A DNA stretch of 64,000 nucleotides from Gemmatimonadota bacterium. Its GTDB lineage: Bacteria; Gemmatimonadota; Gemmatimonadetes; Palauibacterales; Palauibacteraceae. A model generated the notes under the pieces. That model saw only the letters and a list, made by a program, of their open reading frames with translations. It was not told the DNA's origin and ran no database searches. Location of the stretch: NCBI GenBank assembly GCA_963666735.1, contig OY762926.1:3008001-3072000 (forward strand), in the 5' to 3' direction. Each line of letters starts with the position of its first letter. Within the stretch, counting starts at the first letter, position 1. The position numbers and the translations under genes were made by a program. Below are positions 27,912-37,584 of this stretch, piece after piece.

Positions 27912-30761
27912 ATGAAACGAGTCATGAAACTCAAGCAGCGACAGCACAAGCCCCGGCTTCCGGCCGGTCTTGCCGTCCTTTCCGCTTGCCTCCTGCTCGG
28001 CCTGGCCGGTGCAGTTGCGGCGCAGGAGGCGGAACTCGGCAAGATATCGGGTCGAATCGTGGATGAAGAGACGGCGAGGCCGCTGAGCCTGGCGCAGATC
28101 TCCGTCCCCTCGTTGAACACCGGCACGCTGAGTGACGTCGATGGCCGCTGGACGCTGCAAGCCGTACCGGCCGGCACATACGACATCGTCGCCCGCCTCA
28201 TCGGTTACGCGAGCAAGACGATCACGGGCGTACGGGTCGTCTCGGGAGGGAACGCGACGATAGACATCTCGCTGCCGCCCCGGGCGATCGAGTTGAACGA
28301 GCTGACCGTGACGGTCGCGGACCAGCGCGGCACGGCCTCCGCCGTCCTCCAGAACAGGCGGACCGCGCCCGCGGTAACCGACGCGATCGGCCGCGAGCAG
28401 ATCGCGGACTCGCCGGACTCGGACGCGGCCGCGGCGCTGGCCCGGGTCCCCGGCGTCTCCATCGTCGACAAGAAGTTCGTGTTCGTGCGAGGCCTCGGAG
28501 AACGCTACGGGAACACGACGCTCGACGGCGCGGTCATGCCGTCCCCGATCGCGGACCGCAAGGCGGTTCCGCTCGACCTCGTCCCGGCCAGTTTCATCGA
28601 GAACGTCTCCACCTCGAAGAGCTACCTCCCCCGGCAGCCGGCCGACTACGCGGGCGGACTCGTCCAGATCGAGACGCGCAGGGTTCCGGGAGAGAGCTTC
28701 TTCAAGATCGGGTTCGGCACCGGCATGGAGACGGCGACGACCGGCAAGAGCGGCCTCGGCTACGCGGGCTCCGGCCTCGACTTCCTCGGCATCGACGACG
28801 GGCTGCGCGCCCTTCCCGACCTCCTGCCGGCCGACGCCCCCGTCAACCGGCGCAACTTCAACTCCGCCGAACTGGAGGCGATCGGCGAGGCGTTCGCGCC
28901 CGGCTGGGCGGGCACCCCGCGCGACCTCCCCTTCGGGCGCAGCGGCGAACTCGCTTTCGCGACCGAGATCCCGCTCGGCGCGAAGAACCTCGGCCTTCTC
29001 GCCGCGGCCCACTGGGACGATTCCTGGAACCGCCGCGAGGGCTATGTGGAGCGGGTGTTCGCTTCCTCGGGCCTCGCGGATCCCGAAGTCGACTACGGGG
29101 GCGACCAATCGGCGCGAGCCGTCACCCTCGGCGGCCTTCTGAACATGGACTACACGCTGGCGGCGAGTCACCGGATATCGTTCAACGGGCTCCTCAACCG
29201 GGTGACCGAAGACCAGTCCCGCATCCTCGAGGGCTTCAACCTCGACTCGAACACGAACCAGCGGAACACCCGAATCCAGTACGTCGAGAACTCCCTCGTC
29301 CAGGGGCGCCTGAGCGGGAGGCACTACTTCAGCGCCTTCGGCGACATGACGGCGGAGTGGAAGGCCGCGTACTCGCGCGCCGGCCGCTACGAGCCGAACA
29401 CACGCGAGGTTCTGTACCGCGAGTCCGGCGGCGTCTTCCTGTGGGACAACTTTATCCAGAGCGGCAGCATCTTCCATCAGGATCTGACCGAAGATGCGAT
29501 CAACCTCAACGTCGACATTCAGTTCCCGATCCGCGTGAACGGGCGGGCGGGGACGATCGAGGTCGGCGCCGCGAGGCTCACGCGTGACCGCGACGTGCTC
29601 AGCCGGCGCTTCCGGTTCATCCCCAACCGGTCGATCGCGAACGAAGTCAGGGCGTCGTCGCCCGACCGGATCTTCTCGCCGGACAACATCGGCCCGGGTC
29701 CGCGACAGTTCGAGATCCAGGAGGCGACCTTCCGCCCCGATAACTACGTTGCCGACCAGACCACGACCGGGGCCTACCTCATGGCCGACTTCGAACTCGT
29801 GCCGCGCCTCCGCTTCGCCGGCGGGGCCCGCATCGAGCGCAGCCGGCAGGTCGTCGAGCCGAAGGACGTCTTCACGCTGGGTGCCGAGCCGCTCACGGGC
29901 GCGGCACTCGACAACACCGACTTCGTCCCCGGCGCCACGCTCACCTGGGCGGCGAGCGACCGGGTCAACCTCCGGGCCGCCGCTTCACGCACGCTGGCGC
30001 GGCCCGAGTTCCGCGAGCTGGCGCCGTTCTCGTTCGCCGACTTCGCCGGCGGGTATCTCGTCGTCGGGAACCCGGTGCTCCAGCCCTCGCGGATCACGAA
30101 CTTCGATCTGCGCTGGGAGTGGTTCCCCCGCCCCGGCGCGGTTATCGCGGTGAGCGGCTTCTACAAGAATTTCAGGGATCCGATCGAGGAGGTCGTGTTC
30201 CCGAGCAGCGAGTTCATCAAGAGCTGGCTCAACGCCGGGACCGCGAACAACACCGGGACCGAATTCGAGCTGCGCTCCGACCTCGGCTTCCTCTCGGAGT
30301 CGTTCGAGAACTTCGCGCTCAACCTCAACCTCACGCTGGTCGATTCCGAGGTGGAGACGGGGAGCGTGGCCCAGATCTTCGTCCCCGGCTCGGGACCGCT
30401 CGAGATCGACGTGGTGGGGCAGAAGCGCCGCCTCCAGGGCCAGTCGCCCTACGTCGTCAACGCGGGCGCGAACTGGGTCAGCCCGTCCGGCCGGACCTCG
30501 GTCTCCCTCCTCTTCAACCGCTTCGGGCGCCGGATAAGTCAGGTCGGCACCCAGTTCCTCGAGAGCGTATTCGAGGAAGGCCGGAACCAGTTCGACCTCG
30601 TCGTCGAACAGGGGATCGGGTCGAAGATCTCGGCCAAGCTCAGCGCCACGAACCTCTTCGCCGCCGACTACCGCTTCACGCAGGCCGGCGATCTCCTTCG
30701 CGGCTGGCAGCCCGGCAGGGCCTTCTCTCTCGGCATGACCTGGCAGCCGGTCGACCGCTGA
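27912..30761 (+). CDS. TonB-dependent receptor with N-terminal carboxypeptidase-regulatory-like domain
   Basis: Signal peptide; plug 'DAAAALARVPGVSI..VRGLGERY'; 'SRTLARPEFRELAPF', 'GNPVLQPS', 'LQGQSPY'. Start 27912 or 27924. Confidence 0.95.
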   Translation: MKRVMKLKQRQHKPRLPAGLAVLSACLLLGLAGAVAAQEAELGKISGRIVDEETARPLSLAQISVPSLNTGTLSDVDGRWTLQAVPAGTYDIVARLIGYASKTITGVRVVSGGNATIDISLPPRAIELNELTVTVADQRGTASAVLQNRRTAPAVTDAIGREQIADSPDSDAAAALARVPGVSIVDKKFVFVRGLGERYGNTTLDGAVMPSPIADRKAVPLDLVPASFIENVSTSKSYLPRQPADYAGGLVQIETRRVPGESFFKIGFGTGMETATTGKSGLGYAGSGLDFLGIDDGLRALPDLLPADAPVNRRNFNSAELEAIGEAFAPGWAGTPRDLPFGRSGELAFATEIPLGAKNLGLLAAAHWDDSWNRREGYVERVFASSGLADPEVDYGGDQSARAVTLGGLLNMDYTLAASHRISFNGLLNRVTEDQSRILEGFNLDSNTNQRNTRIQYVENSLVQGRLSGRHYFSAFGDMTAEWKAAYSRAGRYEPNTREVLYRESGGVFLWDNFIQSGSIFHQDLTEDAINLNVDIQFPIRVNGRAGTIEVGAARLTRDRDVLSRRFRFIPNRSIANEVRASSPDRIFSPDNIGPGPRQFEIQEATFRPDNYVADQTTTGAYLMADFELVPRLRFAGGARIERSRQVVEPKDVFTLGAEPLTGAALDNTDFVPGATLTWAASDRVNLRAAASRTLARPEFRELAPFSFADFAGGYLVVGNPVLQPSRITNFDLRWEWFPRPGAVIAVSGFYKNFRDPIEEVVFPSSEFIKSWLNAGTANNTGTEFELRSDLGFLSESFENFALNLNLTLVDSEVETGSVAQIFVPGSGPLEIDVVGQKRRLQGQSPYVVNAGANWVSPSGRTSVSLLFNRFGRRISQVGTQFLESVFEEGRNQFDLVVEQGIGSKISAKLSATNLFAADYRFTQAGDLLRGWQPGRAFSLGMTWQPVDR

Positions 30762-30875
30762 CGAACGATCCGTGCCGCCGCTCCCTCACGGGCGGCGGCT
30801 CTTCCGGCCTGCGACTCACGCTCCGGTCGCGGGGGGACTCCAGACAGGCGACGGAGCGTTGAGGAGAAACACACG

Positions 30876-32231
30876 ATGAATCCGGTACGACGCAACCGGC
30901 GGGTCGGACTGTTTCTGACCGGGCTGCTCCTGAGTGGCTTCCATGTGGCGTGCGGGGGCGAGGAAGATCCCGTCTCGCCTCCGCCTCCTCCTCCACCGCC
31001 GCCGCCGCCCCCCGTGGCGCCGCCGCCGCCTCCACCGCCGCCGACCACGGCGACGCTGTCGGGGACGATCGACCAGTCGATCGAACTGGATCCGAGCCTC
31101 ACCTACTTCATCCAGGGGACGACGGTCATCGAGGACGGCGCGACGGTCACGATCCCGGCCGGGACGGTGCTCAGGGGCGACGTCGACTTCACCGGTTCGG
31201 CGCTCATCGTCCGTCAGGGCGGCCGGCTCGTCGCCGAGGGCACGGCGGAAGAGCCGATCGTGTTCACGAGTTCGAACGATGAGGGCTCGCGCCGCCGCGG
31301 CGACTGGGGCGGGGTCGTCCTCAACGGCCGTTCGAACTGTAACTTCCCGGCGGATGAGTGCGTCGGCGAGGGCAACTCGGGTCCGTACGGCGGCAACATG
31401 CCCGACGACGACAGCGGCGTGCTGCGCTACGTCCGCATCGAGTACGGCGGCTATGAAGTCAGCTTCGGAAACGAACTGAACGGCCTCACGCTCAACGGGG
31501 TCGGCTCGGGCACGCAGCTCGAGTACGTCCAGTCGCACTTCGGCTCGGACGACGGGATCGAGTTCTTCGGCGGCACCGTGGACCTCAAGTACGCCTACGT
31601 CACCGGCGCATCGGACGACTCGTTCGACTACTCGACGGGCTGGCAGGGCCGCGGGCAGTTCTGGGCGGCGCAGCAGGATCCCGATGACGCGGACAACGGC
31701 TTCGAGATCGATGGAAACGAGGAGAACTTCGACGCCATGCCGCTGACCGATCCGACGATCTACAACGTCACGCTGGTCGGGAAGGAGGCGGGGACCGGTT
31801 CCGCGGGCGAGAGCACGCGGGGGATCATCTTCCGTCGCGGCACCGACGGGACGGTGTACAACGCCGTGATCCTCGGCTTCGAGAAGGGCTTCGACGTCGA
31901 CCAGTCGGAGACGGTCGGCCGAGTCGAGATCCGGAACAGCTACCTCTACGGCCAGCAGGAAAGGATGTTCGAGGGCGATGACGACGGGATCGACGAGGAA
32001 GCCCTGTGGATGACGGAGGACTGGGCCAACTCGATGGACGACCCGATGCTTGCGGACCCGTTCAATCTCATGATGCCCGACTTCCGGCCGGCCGACGGCT
32101 CCCCGCTCACCGAAGGCTTCGCCGAGCCGCCCGCGGGTAGCGACTTCTTCGAGGCGGTGGACTACATCGGCGCCTTCGCGCCGGACATGCCGCAGTGGAT
32201 CGAAGGCTGGACCACGTCGGACCAGGGCTAG
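30876..32231 (+). CDS. Acidic surface lipoprotein with poly-Pro linker and probable beta-helix repeats (TBDR partner)
   Basis: Lipobox 'HVAC', poly-Pro run, 'GDWGGVVLNG', 'NELNGLTL.GVGSGT', 'DDGIEFFGG', 'DDSFD'. Confidence 0.88.
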   Translation: MNPVRRNRRVGLFLTGLLLSGFHVACGGEEDPVSPPPPPPPPPPPPVAPPPPPPPPTTATLSGTIDQSIELDPSLTYFIQGTTVIEDGATVTIPAGTVLRGDVDFTGSALIVRQGGRLVAEGTAEEPIVFTSSNDEGSRRRGDWGGVVLNGRSNCNFPADECVGEGNSGPYGGNMPDDDSGVLRYVRIEYGGYEVSFGNELNGLTLNGVGSGTQLEYVQSHFGSDDGIEFFGGTVDLKYAYVTGASDDSFDYSTGWQGRGQFWAAQQDPDDADNGFEIDGNEENFDAMPLTDPTIYNVTLVGKEAGTGSAGESTRGIIFRRGTDGTVYNAVILGFEKGFDVDQSETVGRVEIRNSYLYGQQERMFEGDDDGIDEEALWMTEDWANSMDDPMLADPFNLMMPDFRPADGSPLTEGFAEPPAGSDFFEAVDYIGAFAPDMPQWIEGWTTSDQG

Positions 32232-32243
32232 CAGAACACACGT

Positions 32244-32759
32244 ATGCGTCGCACCAGCCTCATCCTCGTATCGGGTCTGCTACCGATCCTTTCCGGATCC
32301 TGCGGGGATGCTCCGTCCGTTGGAGGGCAGAGACTGCCCGGATCCGCCGGCTCCCTCGCGGAGTTGGCGACCACGGTCCTCGTCGGGCTGGCTGCGGCGG
32401 ATACCCTTCGCCTCGAAGGCGTCCGTCTCACCGAGATCGAACACAACGAGATGGTGTGGCCGGAACTCCCGGCCTCCGCGCCGGAAGTGAACTACCCCGT
32501 GGATCTCGCGTGGAAGAACATCCGGACGCGGAACCGCGCGGCGCTCTCCGACCTCTTCGGCGTGTACGAGGACCGGAAGCTGCAGTTCATCGACGCGGAG
32601 TGCCGTGGATCCACGGAGGCGTTCGAGAGCTTCGTCGTGCACACCGACTGCTGGGTGACCCTCGAACGCGACGGGGACCTGATCCCGCCCCAACAGATCT
32701 TCAAGGATGTCCTCGACTGGGACGGCGAACTCAAGATCTTCCGCTACTACGAGCCGTAG
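32244..32759 (+). CDS. Hypothetical lipoprotein
   Basis: Lipobox-like 'SGSC', GC3-biased codons, 12 bp after the previous stop. Confidence 0.75.
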   Translation: MRRTSLILVSGLLPILSGSCGDAPSVGGQRLPGSAGSLAELATTVLVGLAAADTLRLEGVRLTEIEHNEMVWPELPASAPEVNYPVDLAWKNIRTRNRAALSDLFGVYEDRKLQFIDAECRGSTEAFESFVVHTDCWVTLERDGDLIPPQQIFKDVLDWDGELKIFRYYEP

Positions 32760-32760
32760 T

Positions 32761-33639
32761 TCAGTAGTCCACCGGTCTCAGATACCACTCTCCGATCGCC
32801 GTCGGAGAGATCATCGCGACCGTCGGCAGGTGCCGCTTCCAGTGCGTGCGCTCGAGCCGCCCCGCCACGATCTCCACCTTGTCTCGCTCGAACCCCGCTG
32901 CGGTCAGTTCATCCCGCACGCGCCCCGAAACCAGGTGATGGAGGATGAGATCGGCTTCCGGGTAGGTGACGCCGAGGTCGCCCTCGTCCGTCTGTCCGTG
33001 GATCAGATCCGCCGTCGCGGGCTTGTCGATGATCTCGGACGGCACTCCCACGGCCCGCGCGAGCGCCCACACCTGGCATTTGAACAGATCTCCGAGGGGG
33101 TTCACCGGGGGAGAGTCGTCGGCGTGCCAGGTGTAGTAGCCGAGCAGCCGCTCCGACTTGTTGCCGGTGCCCACGGGGAGGGCCGACAGCTTGAAGGCCT
33201 GGTCGAAGAGGACGATCATGCGCTGGCGCGCGGCCACGTTGCCCCTGCGGTGCCCGCCGGCGCCGGGTTCGAAGTTCTCGAGATAGCCATCGACGGCCCG
33301 CGTGATCTCGATCGTGCGCGTCGGGATGCCGAACCCGTCCGCCACGAGAAGGGCGTCCTCGCGGCTGCGCGGGCTCGACGTCCGGTAGGGAAGGAGGAGG
33401 GCGAGCACGGCTTCCGGGCCGAGAGCTTCCGCGCACAGCGCAGCGGTGAGAGCGGAATCCACCCCGCCCGACAGCCCGACCACCACCCGGCGAAAGCCGC
33501 GCCGACGCTCGATCTCCTCGCGGAGGAACTGAGCGAGCCAGTTTCGCACGAGGTCCACATCGATGTCGAGCGGGCTCGGATCGGCGGGGTGCGGTGAACG
33601 GCTCTCGGCGACCCCGGCCGGCGGCCATACGCCGTTCAT
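32761..33639 (-). CDS. nadE: NAD+ synthetase (synthetase domain)
   Basis: 'GLSGGVDSA', 'NVAARQRM', 'GTGNKSE', 'KPATADL..GQTDE'. Confidence 0.95.
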   Translation of the reverse strand: MNGVWPPAGVAESRSPHPADPSPLDIDVDLVRNWLAQFLREEIERRRGFRRVVVGLSGGVDSALTAALCAEALGPEAVLALLLPYRTSSPRSREDALLVADGFGIPTRTIEITRAVDGYLENFEPGAGGHRRGNVAARQRMIVLFDQAFKLSALPVGTGNKSERLLGYYTWHADDSPPVNPLGDLFKCQVWALARAVGVPSEIIDKPATADLIHGQTDEGDLGVTYPEADLILHHLVSGRVRDELTAAGFERDKVEIVAGRLERTHWKRHLPTVAMISPTAIGEWYLRPVDY

Positions 33640-34523
33640 TCGATCTCGGCGGCGGGTCGGCCGACGCCCGAGCCCGGGCTGTTCACGAGCAGACGCGTCC
33701 AGGAACGCTCCAGGTCGGAAAAGAGCGGTTCATCCGCGCGGGCGCGGGCAGCCTCGCCGAGATCTGCGCGCACGGGGAGCAGCGCTTCCTCCCACAGCGG
33801 CCCCGCGACGATGCGGTGGCCGCGCGGATCGTACGCCGCGGAGCCACCGGCGAATCCCTTGCCGCCCTCGAAGCCGACCAGTTGCGACACGACGACGTAG
33901 ACTCCGTGCTCGGCGGCGACCGCGCTCGCGAGCGCGTCCCAGCGAACGAGGTTGCCGGGCGCCCCGGCCCCCGGGGCCGCTCCGCGTGCGGGCGAGGCGC
34001 TGAGGATGAGGATAATCGAGGCGCCGTCGAGCGCCGCGAGCGTGCCCGAGATCGAGTGGAAGCCGTCTTCGCAGATCAGGAGAGCGGTTCGCCCGAGCGG
34101 CCCATCGAAGGCCCGGATGCCGGCTCCGGCCTCGACGAAACGCTCCTCCTGGAAGATGCCGTAGGTGGCGAGGAACACCTTCCTGTGAACGTGACGAATC
34201 CCTCCCGCGGGCCCCAGCGTCGCGTACAGTCCCGAGTTGTAGATCCCCCCCGCATCCCGTTCATAGAACCCGATCGCGATGTCGAGACCGTCCGCGCTCA
34301 CGCGCGAGTTGAGCGCCTCGAACAACCGCGGGGCCGAGATCGCCTGTTCGCGCACGCCCCCTTCGAGGAAATACCCGGTGAGGGCCGTCTCGGGAAACAC
34401 GACCAGACGCGGCCGGGGTTCCCGCGCGACGGCTCGTTCGATCGTCGCGGCGCACGCGTCCAGCGTCCGGTCGAGGTCTCCCTTGGCGGGCCGGAACTGG
34501 GCGATCGCGATATCGAGCGGCAT
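33636..34523 (-). CDS. Nitrilase/carbon-nitrogen hydrolase, probable glutaminase subunit of NAD synthetase
   Basis: Glu-Lys-Cys triad 'FPETALTGY', 'HRKVFL', 'ICED'; ATGA coupling to nadE. Confidence 0.9.
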   Translation of the reverse strand: MPLDIAIAQFRPAKGDLDRTLDACAATIERAVAREPRPRLVVFPETALTGYFLEGGVREQAISAPRLFEALNSRVSADGLDIAIGFYERDAGGIYNSGLYATLGPAGGIRHVHRKVFLATYGIFQEERFVEAGAGIRAFDGPLGRTALLICEDGFHSISGTLAALDGASIILILSASPARGAAPGAGAPGNLVRWDALASAVAAEHGVYVVVSQLVGFEGGKGFAGGSAAYDPRGHRIVAGPLWEEALLPVRADLGEAARARADEPLFSDLERSWTRLLVNSPGSGVGRPAAEIE

Positions 34524-34683
34524 GCGTTCGGAGCCGTCGTTCGAGTGAAGTGCCGAGAGGCCGGCGGCCACGAGAGACCGCCTGCGGGGAGAACGTCCCC
34601 GAACCTCGCGGCGGTGTCAACGGCCCCGGGGCGCCCGGCGTCACGTGTTGCACCCCGCACCTTGTCTCCGTATCCGTCCGGCC

Positions 34684-35400
34684 ATGCTCGAGACTCCGAG
34701 TCCGACCGCGGCGGCTTACGCGCTGCTGCTTCTGGTCGGCATGCCCGTCCTTGCCGCCCTCGACGCTCGCCGCGGGGCGGATCTCGCCGCGGCGGCGCAA
34801 CACCGCGTGCTCCTGTATGTGTCGGTGGGGGCCTCTCTCCTCGTCCTCGGACTCCTGACGCTCGGCGTCGCGGCGTGGCAGGACGTGCCGGCGGCCGCGC
34901 TCGGCTGGACGGTCGACACTCCGGCCGCGGCGCTGCTATGGGGCCTGGGGGTCGCCGTCGCGGGCCTTGTGCTCGCCTGGCTCATCACGGCGGCCACCCG
35001 GCTGGCCGGACTCCGGGAGACCGCCGCGGTGATGCTGCTCATGCCGCGAGACGCCGCGGAAAAGCGAGCCTTCCTCGTGCTTTCCGGGATCGCGGCGGTG
35101 TGCGAGGAGTACGCGTACCGGGGGTTCGCGTTGTGGGCCCTCGCGGCGTGGACCGGGAACGTCTGGCCGGCCGCGCTGATCGTCTCCGTCTCGTTCGGTC
35201 TCGGACACGGGTACCAGAAGCTGGCCGGCGTGATCCGCGCGACAACGCTGGGCGTTGTGCTCGCGGCAACCGTCATCTGGACGGGGAGCCTCTTCCCCGC
35301 CATCGTCGGGCACTTCTGGATCAACGCGGCCATCGGCCTTGGAGGCTGGCGCTACCTTCACGCGGGCTTCGATCCCGCCGATACCGCAGACCCCGAATGA
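34684..35400 (+). CDS. CPBP (CAAX/Abi) intramembrane metalloprotease
   Basis: 'CEEYAYRG', 'FGLGHGYQ', 'HFWIN'. Confidence 0.9.
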   Translation: MLETPSPTAAAYALLLLVGMPVLAALDARRGADLAAAAQHRVLLYVSVGASLLVLGLLTLGVAAWQDVPAAALGWTVDTPAAALLWGLGVAVAGLVLAWLITAATRLAGLRETAAVMLLMPRDAAEKRAFLVLSGIAAVCEEYAYRGFALWALAAWTGNVWPAALIVSVSFGLGHGYQKLAGVIRATTLGVVLAATVIWTGSLFPAIVGHFWINAAIGLGGWRYLHAGFDPADTADPE

Positions 35401-35410
35401 CACTCACACC

Positions 35411-35470
35411 AGCAGATCACGGTAGACTACGGCAGACCACAGTAGGACCCGGCAGGCAGGAGTAGACAGG
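35411..35470. repeat. Degenerate 10-bp tandem repeat upstream of porin gene
   Basis: AGCAGATCAC/GGTAGACTAC/GGCAGACCAC/AGTAGGACCC/GGCAGGCAGG/AGTAGACAGG. Confidence 0.55.
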
Positions 35471-35490
35471 CGGATGATGAGGAGAACTCA

Positions 35491-36555
35491 ATGATCGCGA
35501 GAGTGTGCGCACGAACGGCCATCGCGCTGGCCCTCACCCTGCCGGCGGCGGCGGCGGCCCAGGAGTCACTCCCCGTCCAGGTCGGGGGACTCATGCGCGC
35601 GGGGGTTCGCGCGCACTCCGATTCCGGCATCGGGGCCCAGGGATTTCAACTCTTCGAGTCGCGTCTCAAGGTGAGCGGGTCGGTCGGCCTGGTCTTCGAC
35701 TACAAGTTCGTGACGCGCTACGATGCGTCGCGCGACGCGTTCCGGATTCACGACGCCGTGGTCACGATGCCCCTGATGCCGGAGTTTCAGATCAAGTTCG
35801 GCATGTTCAAGCCCAACTTCAGCCACGAAGCGGTCGTGTCGCGGGCCGACATCACCTTCGTGAATCGATCGCAGGCCGTGACCGCCATCAAGCCCGGCCG
35901 GCAGATCGGCGTTGAGGCGGGCGGCGAGGCGCTCGAGGGCCGGCTCTCGTACGGGGCCGGACTGTACAACGGGAACGGACGCGACGTCACCAACGATGAC
36001 GACAACTACCTGTTCACCGGCCGGGTCCAGTTCAACTCGATCGGCACGATCGCCTTCTACGATGAGTTCGTTGCCCAGGCAGGCGTTTCGTTCGGCTATT
36101 CGACGGACACCTCGGCGTCCCTCGGCACGGGCATCGTCACGGGAGATCGATCCGCGGCGCCGCGGATTACCTCCGATTTCGCGGGCGAACGCCTCCTTTG
36201 GGGCGCGGACATGGAGCTCTCCTACCGTGGCCTGACGCTTTCGGGCGAGTACCTGCGGGCCGACTTCGATCTCGATGGCTCCTTGGGTGCGATCGGATCC
36301 TCGGAGACGGAGGCGTACGGCGGGTACGCGCAGTTCGGGTACCGGCCCTGGGGATTGATCGAGGGCGTCGTCCGCTACGACGGCTTCCGGCCCGCTCTGG
36401 GTGCCGACCGCGAGTTCATGGTGTTCGGCGTGAACATGTATCCGGACGGCTACGCGCGGTTCGGCGTGCAGTACGCCACCGCGCTCGGGGATTCTCCCAA
36501 CGCCCCGACGCTGTCCGACGGGCAGTTCATGTTCCTCGCCCAGGTGAACTTCTGA
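35491..36555 (+). CDS. Phosphate-selective porin O/P family
   Basis: Signal peptide; 'SRLKVSG', 'GMFKPNFSHE', 'GRQIG', 'GLYNGNG', C-terminal 'QVNF'. Confidence 0.8.
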   Translation: MIARVCARTAIALALTLPAAAAAQESLPVQVGGLMRAGVRAHSDSGIGAQGFQLFESRLKVSGSVGLVFDYKFVTRYDASRDAFRIHDAVVTMPLMPEFQIKFGMFKPNFSHEAVVSRADITFVNRSQAVTAIKPGRQIGVEAGGEALEGRLSYGAGLYNGNGRDVTNDDDNYLFTGRVQFNSIGTIAFYDEFVAQAGVSFGYSTDTSASLGTGIVTGDRSAAPRITSDFAGERLLWGADMELSYRGLTLSGEYLRADFDLDGSLGAIGSSETEAYGGYAQFGYRPWGLIEGVVRYDGFRPALGADREFMVFGVNMYPDGYARFGVQYATALGDSPNAPTLSDGQFMFLAQVNF

Positions 36556-36599
36556 CCGACGATCCGTCGCGCGCCGGAGTGGCCTGAGGGCCGGCCGGC

Positions 36600-37340
36600 G
36601 TGTACGCGGGAATGACGGTCGGCGTGGTCGTGCCGGCGCGGGACGAGGAGCGGAATATCGGTGTCGTCGTCGGCGACCTGCTCGCGCTGTGCGATGATCG
36701 GGGCAGGCGCGTGGTCGACGACTTCGTCGTCTGCGACAACGGATCGACCGACGCGACCGCGACCCGCGCGAGAGAGGCGGGGGCACGGACCGTCCGGCAG
36801 GACACGCCGGGGTACGGACTCGCCTGCCTCACGGCCCTCGCGCAGCTTCGCCCCGTGGACATCGTGTTGTTCACCGACGGCGACCGGTCGTTCGAGGCCG
36901 TGCAGGGACTCGGGCTGCTCGAAGCCGTCGCTGGCGGGGCTGACCTGGCCATCGGATCGCGCGCGCTGGGCCGGAGGGAGCCGGGCGCCCTGTCGGCTCC
37001 GCAGATCGCGGGCAACCGGGTGGCCGGCCTGCTCATACGTCTGCTGTGGGGGGCGGCGGTGACCGACCTCGGTCCCTACCGCGCCATACGGGCCGAGGCT
37101 TTGCGCCGCCTCGACATGCGGGATCGCACGTACGGCTGGACCGTGGAAATGCAGGTCAAGGCCATCCAGCAGGGTCTGCGGGTCGTTGAAGTGCCGGTGG
37201 ACACCTTGCGCCGCCGCTTCGGCCGCTCGAAGGTGGGCGGAACGGTCCGGGGCGTCGTCGGCGCCAGCGCCGGCATCCTCTCGATGATCGCCAAACTCCG
37301 CTGGCGGCAGGCACGCGCGGGGCGCGGCTCAGGAGCATAA
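36600..37340 (+). CDS. GT2 glycosyltransferase (polyprenol-phosphate sugar synthase-like)
   Basis: 'VVPARDEE', 'DNGSTD', 'GYGLAC', 'DGD', 'TDLGPYRAI', 'YGWTVEMQ'. Confidence 0.92.
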   Translation: MYAGMTVGVVVPARDEERNIGVVVGDLLALCDDRGRRVVDDFVVCDNGSTDATATRAREAGARTVRQDTPGYGLACLTALAQLRPVDIVLFTDGDRSFEAVQGLGLLEAVAGGADLAIGSRALGRREPGALSAPQIAGNRVAGLLIRLLWGAAVTDLGPYRAIRAEALRRLDMRDRTYGWTVEMQVKAIQQGLRVVEVPVDTLRRRFGRSKVGGTVRGVVGASAGILSMIAKLRWRQARAGRGSGA

Positions 37341-37342
37341 TG

Positions 37343-37389
37343 CAGCGGGGTAGTACAGCGGGATCACACAGCGGGATAAGACAGCGGCG
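37343..37389. repeat. 13-bp tandem repeat (~3.6 copies)
   Basis: CAGCGGGGTAGTA/CAGCGGGATCACA/CAGCGGGATAAGA/CAGCGGCG. Confidence 0.75.
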
Positions 37390-37434
37390 CGATCCGGACG
37401 AAGGGGCTCGTCCCGAACACGCTGCGGTGCTTCA

Positions 37435-37507
37435 TACCCCCTAGGGGAATCGAACCCCTGTCTCCTGGCTGAGAACCAGGTATCCTGGGCCACTAGACGA
37501 AGGGGGC
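37435..37507 (-). tRNA. tRNA-Glu (anticodon CTC), CCA not encoded
   Basis: GCCCCCTTCGTCTAGTGGCCCAGGATACCTGGTTCTCAGCCAGGAGACAGGGGTTCGATTCCCCTAGGGGGTA: full cloverleaf with GTTCGA T-loop. Confidence 0.97.
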
Positions 37508-37523
37508 GGAGTTGGGAAGCGAT

Positions 37524-37551
37524 ATTCTAGCCGGGCTGGAAGGCGTGTCAA
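37524..37551 (-). promoter_or_regulatory. Sigma70 promoter of tRNA-Glu
   Basis: TTGACA-N16-TAGAAT on the - strand, 16 nt before the tRNA 5' end. Confidence 0.8.
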
Positions 37552-37584
37552 GATGAGAACAAGTCGAGACGGTACGCGGAACGG

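Noticed and set aside
30977..31043. (CCG/CCT)n run as a DNA repeat element
   Set aside because: It encodes the poly-proline linker of the lipoprotein.
37343..37389. Resemblance of CAGCGGGGATA to the type I-E CRISPR repeat
   Set aside because: 13-bp period leaves no spacers, and no cas genes are in the window.
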